In this document: positions 1 to 10,535 of the stretch, one piece after another
How positions within the stretch are numbered: position 1 is the stretch's first letter
How the letters are laid out: each line of letters starts with the position of its first letter
From: Octopus bimaculoides
Taxonomy: Eukaryota
NCBI RefSeq assembly: GCF_001194135.2
Contig: NC_068984.1
Span: forward strand, 38,875,444-38,939,443
Reading direction: 5' to 3'
DNA: 64,000 bases
Made by a program: the position numbers and the translations under genes
The notes under the pieces: model-generated
The model's input: only the letters and a program-made list of their open reading frames with translations
The model's database searches: none
What the model was told of the DNA's origin: nothing

Positions 1-1303
1 AATACCATAATTTTGAATAAGACTCTGCTTTCTACCTTCATACTCAAAGCAAATTTTTAAGTCTTTTCTTTATTAATTTCACCAATTCTATTTTGAGATG
101 GTAATTTGTCAAAATAAAAGAAGCGGTATCACCTTTAAAAAAAAAAAAAAATCGATCTCCGTGGCAAGAAAACCATTTTCTTAGGCCAACTATGTGACAG
201 TATTGGCATAGACTGGCATTAATTGTTTGATTTTGAAATTTCCTACCATATTTTTTTTTAAATGTCCAGCTTACACTACATTATAAATCTTTAGCCACAG
301 TAATTAGAGAATAGGAGTGATGGTGGGGGAGTCGGAGAGGATAGAAGAAATTATTTGCAGCAGTTGTGAAGTGTAGGCTAGATAAGGAAGCAGAGTATTT
401 TGCAAACGACTTTTGCATGAATTATTTTGCTGGTATGAGCTTGATCAATTAAAGCATTTCAGGGGAGTAACTTGACAGGATTTGCTCCTAACAGCTTGAA
501 ATGTTCACTACACTCATATATTTTTCTGTGGGTTTGTCTCAACTCTTTAGCATTTAAAGTGGCCATATCCAGCCGAAATGTGTGTGCATCACGTACTGTT
601 TTATTGTTTTTAAGATGCTTCGAAATATTGTTGACGAAGGAGTGAATCATATTGAGTATACTTCATTATGGAAATTTTTTTTACGAGTTTCAGGTAGCCC
701 CAGGATGCTTACCACTACAGTAAACTTAATTACTGTTGTAATGAAAGATGGGGTAAATTAATTGTGCATTTCTATGAAAGCAAAGAATGTGTATTTTTGT
801 TTAAATAGGTTTGCTACATGCAGTTTTGGGCATTATATGCCTAGATCCTTGTGTTAGTACAAAGAATTTTGTAATGAATAGACTATCCATTACATTCTTA
901 TTAATAAGGTAGATCTGCAATAGCATATCTTTTTGTGTCTTCTAGTTGAATTGTCTGTATCAGTCTCAATTTAGCTGTCAAACTTTTTTTACACTGAGTG
1001 AATTACACTAAACTTATTCCTCATATTACTGTAAATCATTATTACTAGTTTTATCTCTACTTCAAAATTATTGCTGGTTGGCTCTTGATATGTTGTGCTA
1101 TTTACTAGTTCATGATTTTGTGTGGTTACTGTGATTGCACATCTTCACCGGCAAATAATTTGCATTTGGTGCTGAACTGGCTTTGATTACATTTTTCTTG
1201 AGATGTTATCTATTATGTGAACATGCTGCTTAATTTTGAATAAAAGGTTTTTCTTCTAGGGTGTTGCCACTGAAATTTATTTCTTATATTTATTTGCATA
1301 CAG

Positions 1304-1514
1304 GGTTATGTTTTCCGAATTACGGGTGGAAATGACAAACAAGGCTTTCCCATGAAACAAGGTATCCTGACAGCTGGACGTGTCCGCCTTTTACTCTCTA
1401 AGGGACATTCTTGTTACCGTCCACGACGAGAAGGTGAGAGGCGCAGGAAGTCTGTGCGTGGCTGTATTGTTGATGCCAATTTGAGTGTTTTGAGCTTAAT
1501 TATTATCAAGAAAG
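1304..1514 (+). CDS. RPS6: 40S ribosomal protein S6 (eS6), internal coding exon (first one visible; the ~46 N-terminal codons lie upstream of the window)
   Basis: tttgcatacag acceptor, then [71 protein letters not shown], then gtatgt donor. Near-identical to the eS6 core. Confidence 0.97.
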
Positions 1515-1601
1515 GTATGTATTCCAAGTTTTCTTTCTCTTTCTCTCATTTAAATTTTTCAAGTGTTTGTTGATGGTTCATTTGACTTATTTCTTTTTCA
1601 G

Positions 1602-1760
1602 GTGAGCAGGAAATTCCTGGTCTTACTGATATTACCATCCCACGTCGTCTTGGTCCCAAGAGAGCTGGTAAAATTAGGAAATTGTTTAATCTTTCTAAAG
1701 AAGATGATGTACGAAGATATGTTGTACGTAGACCAATCCCTCTCAAGGAAAACACCAAGC
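1602..1760 (+). CDS. RPS6: eS6 internal coding exon
   Basis: ttctttttcag acceptor; (G)[52 protein letters not shown]; gtaagt donor at 1761; phase 1 at both ends, frame-consistent with neighbouring exons. Confidence 0.96.
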
Positions 1761-1910
1761 GTAAGTATTTTGCTTGCAGTGTTTATGTAATCAGTGTGTA
1801 GCAATTATATACACTACATATTAATTGCCTTTTTAAATGAATTTATGCTTAAATTAAGGTAATAATTCTAATTTTTTTTCTCTCTCTCTCTTTCCCTCTT
1901 CTATTTTCAG

Positions 1911-3829
1911 GTAAGAGCGCACTCTCTAAGGCTCCGAAAATTCAACGATTAGTGACACCTTTAGTGTTGCAAAGAAGGAGACATCTTCGTAGTATGAAGG
2001 CATTGAGATTTGCAAGAAAGCGTGAAGAAGCTGCAGATTATGCTAAGCTTCTGGCTTTGAGAATGAAAGAGCATAAAGAGAGGCGCCGTGAACGAAAACA
2101 ATCATCAATTTCTAAGAGTAGGAGTGAATCACTTGCTAAGGATGCTGCTAAAGTGGCTGCTACTGTTGCTAGTATTCAGAAAAAGCAACAGCCACAGAGT
2201 AAGAAAAGGCCGAGCCCAGGAGATGCCAGTAAAAGTGGTGGCCAGAAATCAGTCCTTCATACTCCTGCTAAGATAGCCAAAGTTTCCAAGCCAGCTCAAG
2301 CAGCAAAGGGTGCTAAGGTTACAAAGCAAGGCAAACCAGCAGCAGGAGCAGGAAAGGCAGCTAAAGGTGTTAAGGGAGTGGCCAAGGGTGCGGCTAAGCC
2401 TGTTAAACCAGCTGTCAAAGCAGCAGCTAAGCTTACTAAAGCTGCTAAAGGTATGACAAAACCAGCTCAGCCAACTAAGAGACCTAAACCTACACAGGAA
2501 GTTGCAGCAGTAGCAGCCAAAAAAGCTAAGCCTGGTAAAGAAGCTCCAAAAGTTTCTGCCAAGGGAGCAGCCAAACCCTCTAAGCAGGCTCAACCAGCTA
2601 AAGCAACCAAACCACCAAAGGTTGTTGGCAAAGGAGTTCAGCCAGGTAAAGCTGCTGGAAAGGCTGCAAAGCAGGCACAGCCTGTTAAAGCTGAAAAGGT
2701 TATTAAGGCAAAAGCTGCTAAGCCAACTCAGGCTGCCAAACCAGCAAAGGGTGTTCAACCTGCAAAAGGTCAGCAAGCTAAGGTAGCAAAGGGTGCTTCG
2801 GCTAAGGCTGCAAAAGGTGTACAGCCCGCAAAGGGGGCTCAACCGGCTAAGGCTGCAAAGCCATCTCAGCCTACTAAAGCTCAACCAGGTAAGGGTGCAA
2901 AAGTGACCCAACCAGGAAAAGCTGCAAAGGTTTCCCAACCTGGTAAAGCTGCTAAAGTATCTCAGCCTGGTAAACCAACGAAGGGAGGTCAGCAAGGTTC
3001 CGGTGCACAGCCAGCTAAACAGGCTCAACCTGCCAAGCAGCAGCAAGCTAAGCCAGCTAAACAGGCACAACCAGGCAAAGGTGCTGCTCAGGTTCAGTCT
3101 AAATCTGCCAAGGGGACAGCACAAGCACAGCCTGTTAAAGCTACTAAACAGCCACAGCAAGCTGCTAAACCGGCAGCAAAACAGTCCCAGCCTAAGCAAG
3201 GTCAAACACCTAAGCAGGGTCAGGCACCAAAGGGTCAGCCTGCTAAACAAGGTCAAACCCCAAAGCAGGCTCAGACTCCTAAGTCAGACAAAGCACCAAA
3301 ACAGGCTCAGACTCCTAAGTCAGACAAAGCACCGAAACAGGCTCAGGCTCCTAAATCAGATAAAGCACCGAAACAGGCCCAGACTCCAAAAACTGATAAG
3401 GCACCAAAACAGGCCCAGGCTCCAAAATCAGATAAAGCTCCAAAACAGGCTCAGGCACCTAAAACAGATAAAGCTCCAAAACAAGCTCAGGCTCCAAAGT
3501 CGGATAAGGCACCTAAACAGGCTCAAACTCCAAAGCAGGGTCAGCCTCAAAAACAAACTCAACCCCAAAAACAAGCCCAGCCAGCTGCTAAGACACCGAA
3601 ACCAGCTCAGGCTGCAAAGCAGACGCAACCTGCTGCGCAGGCCCAGCCAGCTGCCAAATCACCCAAGCCAGCACAAGCTACAAAACAGGCACAACCTGCT
3701 AAACAGGCCCAGCCAGCTGCCAAGTCACCCAAACCGGCTGCAAAGCAGGCTCAATCCCCTAAACCTGCTCAGTCTACACCTAAATCTGCATCTGGCGCTC
3801 AGAAACCTGCTGCAAAGAAACAGAAGTAA
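1911..3829 (+). CDS. RPS6: eS6 terminal exon: canonical C-terminal helix and Ser cluster, then ~560-aa K/A/P/Q-rich extension to TAA
   Basis: Polypyrimidine tract + cag acceptor at 1910; [18 protein letters not shown]...[36 protein letters not shown] matches eS6; the same frame stays open to the stop at 3827-3829. Confidence 0.93.
3263..3514 (+). repeat. Coding tandem repeat, 7 x 36 bp (KQAQ[T/A]PK[S/T]DKAP) within the eS6 tail
   Basis: Seven consecutive 12-codon units read directly from the sequence. Confidence 0.95.
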
Positions 3830-3855
3830 TTTACTTCTACGGTGTTATATATCAA

Positions 3856-3861
3856 AATAAA
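3856..3861 (+). promoter_or_regulatory. Probable polyadenylation signal of RPS6
   Basis: AATAAA about 27 nt after the TAA, followed by T/GT-rich sequence. Confidence 0.6.
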
Positions 3862-5454
3862 TTCTACTCTTTTAAAATTGTCTTGTGGTTTTTGTTTTTC
3901 CTTCATATTTGTATTCTACTATAATCACCTTATAGGTTGCATGAAGATGAATATCTCATTCTGAATTATCATTGCTGCAGTTTCATGAAGATTATTATGC
4001 ATTTTAAAGAAAGGACTACTCCAGGTAGACCCAGCAAAGTAGCAACTATTGAATCTATATCTTAGTTTATGGTTAGAAAGGCAGCTGGATTATCAGAGAT
4101 AATGAGATGCTTGTCATTTGCATGTTTAATCAGTGCTTGATGAGTTCATAACCAGTGACTACAACAATGAAGACTCTCTGGAGATTTCTTATAAACTCAT
4201 GACCAAGGTTGTGGCACAACTTTAGGAAGAGTTAGTATTGGATACCACTAATGCTTTTTCATCTTAGTGGAACAACTGCAGGAGAAATTCTTAAAGGTAA
4301 GCTATATCTAGCAGTTGATCTGGAGGAGGATCACTAGTGTGAGATTCTTTTTTTTTCTGTTTGGCTGACAATTTTCAATTTGTTAGAATTGATTTTGTAA
4401 TCAGTGTAATGTTCTATATGCTAATTTTTACCATAAATCGAAGTGTAGTTTTAAAGTTTGCAAATTGGTTGATTTTAGCCAATTATGAGCTGCAGACATA
4501 TTTGTACCTGTTTGCATAGTAACGAGCCAAGCATAAAGATTTGTCTGTGAGACAGTATGTGTTGGCAAAGATATTGTGTGTGAAAGCATATGCTTCAATG
4601 ATATGTTTTGTTGCTTGTATCCTGGTTGAAATGTGCTAAGGTTAATAGCCATTCTGAATGTAAAATAGTTGATTTATTTGGTTTCATATTATAACAGGTT
4701 GCAGATCTTGTTTTTTTTTACTTGGTGGTAGGCAATCTTACAATACCAGTTCTGAAGCTGTTACTTACTGCACATGTGTTTATAAGTTGGCATGTGTATG
4801 TAAGAGAGATAACTGAAATTATTTTTATTTCCTTTTTATAGTGTGTGTCACTGAATCCATTCACACACACACATACATAACCTGCGTGTGTGTGTCACTG
4901 TAGCCATTCATACATACATGCATAACCTCTCTCACACAAAAGAACTTCACCACACTGTCTGTTTCGCATACATGCTATTAAAAGGAAATAAAAATAATCT
5001 GTTATCTGTCTCTCTCCGACACACATGCCAACTTCAAAAGAAATCGCGCTCTCACTGTCTCTTTCACTTTTACAACGTCGTTTCCCTCCAATACTTTTTA
5101 CAGAAAAGGCCAATGTGATGTAAATAAACACGTGGTGTATAGCTTCAGGACTGGTATCGTAAGATCGCCTGAAACTTTAAAAAAATTTTCCTGGTAAAAG
5201 TGAAAGGTCTTCTGAGATTCAGCTTGGATAACTACATTAATGCACTGAATTTTAAACTTTGAAATTCCCACAGCTGCAACCAAACAGAAATGGCCCTCTT
5301 AGTGTAGGTCCGTGATTCCCAACATGGGGCATGGTAATATTTTGGTGAGGGATGCATAGGGTTATGTTAAACTTGGACTTTTTGTGCATGATGTTTAGTA
5401 TACAAATAAGAGAAACTGGTTAATTCGAGAATGAGTTATTAAAAAAAAAATTAT

Positions 5455-5772
5455 ATAGGCGCAGGATTGGCTGTGTGGTAAGTAGCTTGCTTACCAACCA
5501 CATGGTTCTGGGTTCAGTCCCACTGCGTGACACCTTGGGCAAGTGTCTTGTACTATAGCCTCAGGCTGAAAGAATTCCGTCGTATATATATATGTCTGTG
5601 TTTGTCCACCTCAACATCGCTTGACAACTGATGCTGGTGTGTTTACGTCCCCGTAACCTGGCGGTTCGGCAAAACAGACTGATAGAATAAGTCCTGGGGT
5701 CGATTTGCTCAACTAAAGGTGATGCTCCAGCATGGCTGCAGTCAAATGACTAAAACAAGTAAAAGAGTAAGA
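5455..5772 (+). mobile_element. tRNA-derived SINE
   Basis: A-box/B-box-like head (ggctgtgtggtaagtagc...gggttcagtccc) and tail ccagcatggctgcagtcaaatgactaaaacaagtaaaagagtaa. A related head recurs at ~49295-49460. Confidence 0.7.
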
Positions 5773-6100
5773 GTATCTCTTCAGTGGACAATTTTATCAA
5801 ATTTTTTACACTTTAGAGACAACAGGTCGTTTTCAGCATATTCATAAGATCTGATGTCACTAAAGAGGGAATAGGATTATTTCCTTTGATTTAGTGGTAT
5901 GTGAAAACGTAGGTAATTACAAATGTGTATGTAGTAAGGAACTGGTCAGTACTGAAAGCAATGCCATCTTAATATCCTATGGAGAAATAAACTGACCGCA
6001 AACTTATGTGTTTAAAAGTACTGACACTTTTATCTCTGGCAACAACAAATCTAGGTACACGAGAAAAATGTGCTGCTGCAGGGTGTTGATAGGGCGGTCC

Positions 6101-6456
6101 AGATGGACTACATGTAATCTGAACCTTTCCCCCCTTGTTTTATTTTCTTTTTTTACGGAATCCCACGTTTTAGGCTATGGAGATTCCGATTCTGAAAAAA
6201 AAAATTTTCAAAATTTCGATTTCCTCCCCCGGTTTTTATATAGATCCACAGGGTAAACCTAAACCTAACACTGGTTTTGTGAGATTTGGCTGTTATTTCT
6301 AGCATGTAAATAGCCTGCTTGGGGGGGGGGGGGTCATTGAAATTTTTCAAAAAATTTTTTTTCAGAATCGGAATCTCCATAGCCTAAAATGTGGGATTCT
6401 GTAAAAAAAATTAATAAATAAGGGGGGGGAAGGTTCAGATTACATGTAGTCCATCT
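6101..6456. repeat. Palindromic MITE-like/foldback element
   Basis: agatggactacatgtaatctgaacct... pairs with ...aggttcagattacatgtagtccatct; arms of about 130 bp with few mismatches. Confidence 0.85.
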
Positions 6457-6524
6457 CTACCAATAGGGCAATAAATGGTGTTTGCAGGATGGAGGAATAG
6501 AATGGAGTGGAAGTAAGGGGTTTT

Positions 6525-7210
6525 CAGTTCATCTTAACTTCCAAGAAAATGGATATTTCTTAATGAAATTCTCTACAAATATACTGATGACATAGGAATT
6601 TTGGGGGTAAAATAATTAGGGGCTATTTTTGAGAACTGTTCCGCACTTGTGGATGTTTCTGAACAAGTCGTCCATATTCGTTTCATTTTCTGTTTTGTGC
6701 ATCTGTGGATTTCTACTGAAGCAACAAACAGGCAATGAAGCCCTCACCAGAAAACTCATTATGCTAAAAATAACAGTAAGAGGTCTGGTACACTGAAAAA
6801 TATTAAGACGACTTATCTGTTGCATACTATTCTTTTTCACTTTAAGTAAATTCCCAGGTAAACGTTTCTAATAGAAAGGCAGAAGATACCGAAAGCAATA
6901 ATAAGGAATATACATGCGCAGTTAAGTATAGAAGTGTAAAGCATAATTTGTTATATAATTCCCCGTTTGAACTTTTTTAATTACATATGTGTGTGGTAGA
7001 AATCTGTGGATGCACAAAACTGAGAAAATGAAACAAATATAGACAACTTCAGAAACACCTGTGAATAGGGAACAATTCTCAAAAATAGCCTCCAATTGTT
7101 TTCCCCACCAAATTCCTGTCCTCTGAATCTACATAGTCTGAGGTATGTTTGTAGAGAATTTCATTAAAAAATATCCATTTTCTTGAAAGCTAAGACAAAT
7201 TGAAGTGGAC
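6525..7210. repeat. Larger diverged inverted repeat (foldback family)
   Basis: ~6525-6716 is the reverse complement of ~6997-7210 (gtgcatctgtggatttctac / gtagaaatctgtggatgcac). The core tgtagaNaatttcattaaaaaatatccattttt recurs at ~7290-7330 and ~14010-14050, and inverted at ~13575-13620. Confidence 0.75.
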
Positions 7211-8169
7211 TCCTGTGAAATACGCCTCCCCCTCCTAAAACACTTTCCCCCAAAAATTTTGTATATTCAGAATCTACGTGATATAACACATTCGTAGATA
7301 ATTTCATTAAAAATATCCATTTTTCTGAAAGTTATGATCATCCAAAGTTGAGGGTGCAGAAATTTGTAGTTATGCCGATTCAAAAAATATGGTAGTGCAA
7401 GTAAAAAAAAAGTCCATCAATATTCAGAGGAATATTTAAAATATGGATTAATACCCACTATCCACGATAAACTGTCACCAAGTTATGGGTGAAAAACTCA
7501 GATCTTGTGAATTTTCCGAAGTCCTCCCCCCACCTCTTGGAAAAGATAAAGTAAAGTGTAAGAGCAGTGAATGTTATAAAAACAAAAAAATTCCACAAGC
7601 AGTACAATTTGTTTTATGAACTTGTAACATGATACATATCTTTTGTAAATTTTAAAGATTTATATCGCAAGAAAAATAGAAGTTGTACAAAAATAACGCT
7701 TCTTACATGGCCAGTTTTGACTTCATTCGTCATAAGATCACACAGTACACAATAGTTTGGATTCATAAGATCAAGTACAAATAACTTTACATTGAATTTT
7801 CCTTTTTTTTGTCTAGATATGTAACACAATGTCTGACTGTTTCAGAAATATGTGTACATTCTTATTTCTTATTCTCATCAGTGAACAAGTGATTGTTTCA
7901 TCAGAACTTGATATACAATGAATCTGCAAATACCTATGAAAATGGTAAGGAGGGGACTCCTATGTCAGTCTGCTTGTCAGAATTCCCTATTGTCTTATTG
8001 CAAAGGATATCAGTCTTATATATGCCTAAGCAAATGAGATGGTGATGACTGCAATGCCTTTTGATTAGGTGTTTGCCCTTTTTGTGGGGAGGGGGGAGGA
8101 TTTAAGGGACTGTACACATCGCCTTTACAGGATCCCTGAGACCTATTAAATATATTCAGGATCTTTTCT

Positions 8170-9690
8170 GTTGCTGTCAAAGTTTTTGAAACTAAGTGAA
8201 AACTTTCAAACTTGGTACATTGATGTAATTTTTCACACTGAATCTAATTTTGTTATTCACTTGTTCCAAAAAATTTTAGGAAATGTTACAGAAGTTTGAA
8301 CTTTAATTTTTACCCAATCAGAAAACAGGATTTGGAAGATGGCATTTTGTGAGTGTTAGCTGTCTCTGACATTATGAAGACAAACTTGTAAAAAGTTTTA
8401 CTGAATAAAGTCGTGAAATGTTGGAACAGGCATGTAAACAATATAAAAAGAAATCCTCAAGGAATTTTTTTTATTTTTTGCAAAAAATTACAAAAGTACA
8501 AACTACATTAAATTACAAAACAAAAATAGTTCATTTCATGTAAATAATTGATACATTTTTTGTAGCAAAAATTAAAAAACAAAAGTTTGAGATACAGTCT
8601 AGAAGTTTTTTCTCAAACAAATTAGAGTTTTATTTCCTGTGCCACATATTATAACCATAAATTTCAAGAATGTCAGAAGTCACTGAAAATTGTGTTTCCT
8701 GGAGGAACTGATTGACATATGCATTCCCCCAGTGTATTACGATTCCGACATGGCACCATATAAAGAAAAACATGTCTGGTCTCACAACACACTCCTCTGA
8801 AAACCTGTTCAGGTAGCAAGCACCTTCCCCAATTGTATTTACACTTTGAGAAGACTGCTTCATTTATCTCAACAAATTTCCCAGGACTGTTTATCTGAAC
8901 TGGGCTGTGGAGTAGGTCCTCCATACATATTTCACGAGCATAGCTATTGTAATCCCCAGTTCTTCAACACAAAGCCAGACTGAAGTCAATTCCTTGACCC
9001 ATGAGTAAAGGGGAAAAAAAGCAGTACTGTCCTAAGAGGAAGAGTGCTGCCTTCCATCAATGTATTTTTTCTGGCAGACAACCTTTTTGGGAGCACCAAC
9101 TGTAAATTTTCCCATAAAGCTTCTTGTTCATATGGTGTCTTTTTCTACATAATTTTCTTTTAAGGATAACAACCTTCTCTTGTAAGTAAGAAACCACATC
9201 TGCCTAGGTTTTCAATTTCTCCATCATATTTGAAAGGTTAAATGAGCTGGTTGCAGTCATGCATCTATTTAGGTTGAAGAAGTCCAGGAAATCACAGAGT
9301 TCAAAATTATGAAAATGAGGTAGTGAGAGGACAACAACAACAACAAAAAATATTTGTTCATTTCTCAAAAGAACAGGTGAAAATGACAAAAATGAGGTAG
9401 TACAAACTCAGAAAATAGGCATTTGTGAAAGAAAATAGTTAGGTAAAGATAATACATGTGGTTGGTGTTTTAAGGAAACTATACCTTGGCTTGTTACTAT
9501 GGAAACCGGAACCAATATGCCTGTGGCTTTTGATTGGTTAAAATTACCCAAAATTTGTAAACTTCAAAAGTTATTAACTTTTTATGTATTAATTTATTGC
9601 AAAAATGAATTTCATTTCCATAATTAGCATATAAAACCACGTCAATACACTAAATCTGACAACAATAAGAACAAAATTTTAAAAAATGAA
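8170..9690 (-). mobile_element. Degenerate Merlin-superfamily (IS1016/ISXO2-like DDE) DNA transposon
   Basis: ORF 8673-8924(-) PGKFVEINEAVFSKCKYNWGR...QVFRGVCCETRHVFLYMVPCRNRNTL...VPPGNTIFSD fits the ISXO2-like motif (PGxxVEIDExxFxKRKYNRGR...WVFGG.CRET...PGTxIxSD). It has stops and frameshifts, and imperfect inverted similarity between ~8200-8340 and ~9525-9660. Outer limits are approximate. Confidence 0.75.
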
Positions 9691-9950
9691 AACTGACAAC
9701 AGAAAAGGTCCCATATTCACCTTTAACAAAATAAATAATGTTATAAATTTTTTTTTATTACACATATATCACAGGTTTAGGAAAAATTGGAGTTGTGGCA
9801 AATATTTTATTTTGATTTGCTATTCGCCAATTAAAGGATATTTATTTACATATGTCTGTGTGTGTTCAAATATCTTATATCTCAAAGTATCGACATTTGA
9901 AAGAAAGGCACTTTATATATTTTCATCAAATTTCACTTTTATTTTTAATA

Positions 9951-10535
9951 TCAGTCAGAAACCTTATCAGTTCTATATTTAATATAAGAATAATAAATAT
10001 CAAATCCAAACGATACTGAATTATCAAATAAAACACGAAATTTAAGTGGTATGAAAGCAAAATTAATCACTTGTACTGGAGGCCAAATTAGCCATTCAGA
10101 AAGTAACAAAGTTTTTCCACAGTTTTTGTATTCAGTTAACATTTTGTCAAATGAAGAATTTTCTAGAATTCCTAGTGATGATAAAAATAGAAAAATACCT
10201 ATCGGTGTACCTATAGTTTGGTCAAATAGTAGTTTTTTGGCAACTACACGAACTGAAGAACCTGGGAAAAGATAGTCTATCAGGTGATACCAATAATGGC
10301 TTGGGGGTCCCAATATTAAACCAGTAATACTGATGTGTAGAGTCCGATCTTTGTTCCATGTTTGCTGTCGCTGAATTGAAAGTTCATAGAATTGTTGAAC
10401 AGAATCTCCACCTGCTGCTGATGTTATACTAATGGCTGTATTAGTCAGGAGAAGGTATTTCCGTGAAAACAACAGCTGCACACCGGATACTACTTTATGG
10501 TATATTCTTTTGCGTGCACCAACAAAAACAGTCAT
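9951..10535 (-). CDS. MPV17L2: Mpv17/PMP22-family mitochondrial inner-membrane protein, MPV17L2-like, 194 aa, intronless CDS
   Basis: KYLLLTNT...GDSVQQ...GPPSHYWY..ID..FP....V.KKLLFDQ...W.IWPPVQ.INF.FIP..FRVL..N.VS.G.D.Y.SY.KY aligns by eye with MPV17L2. First ATG at 10535 is preceded by a ttttccag acceptor (exon boundary at 10544); the ORF track start at 10577 is a GTG inside the intron. Confidence 0.88.
   Translation of the reverse strand: MTVFVGARKRIYHKVVSGVQLLFSRKYLLLTNTAISITSAAGGDSVQQFYELSIQRQQTWNKDRTLHISITGLILGPPSHYWYHLIDYLFPGSSVRVVAKKLLFDQTIGTPIGIFLFLSSLGILENSSFDKMLTEYKNCGKTLLLSEWLIWPPVQVINFAFIPLKFRVLFDNSVSFGFDIYYSYIKYRTDKVSD

Noticed and set aside
459-650. 63-aa minus-strand ORF and the many other 60-120-aa ORFs in the track
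   Set aside because: No recognisable homology; expected by chance, or pieces of the TEs already listed. The missing RPS6 5' exons were not found in 1-1300.
1600-1916. AG|GTGAG and AG|GTAAGA at RPS6 exon starts, resembling recursive splice sites
   Set aside because: The introns are tiny, and AG|GT is the common proto-splice context for phase-1 introns.
2249-3256. 335-aa antisense ORF (and 3428-3628)
   Set aside because: Antisense shadow of K/A/P/Q codons, which rarely create reverse-strand stops; no recognisable domain.
3003-3860. 285-aa alternative-frame ORF (and 2088-2276)
   Set aside because: Frame-shifted shadow of the repetitive eS6 tail codons (Leu/Arg/Asn/Ser-rich); no independent evidence.
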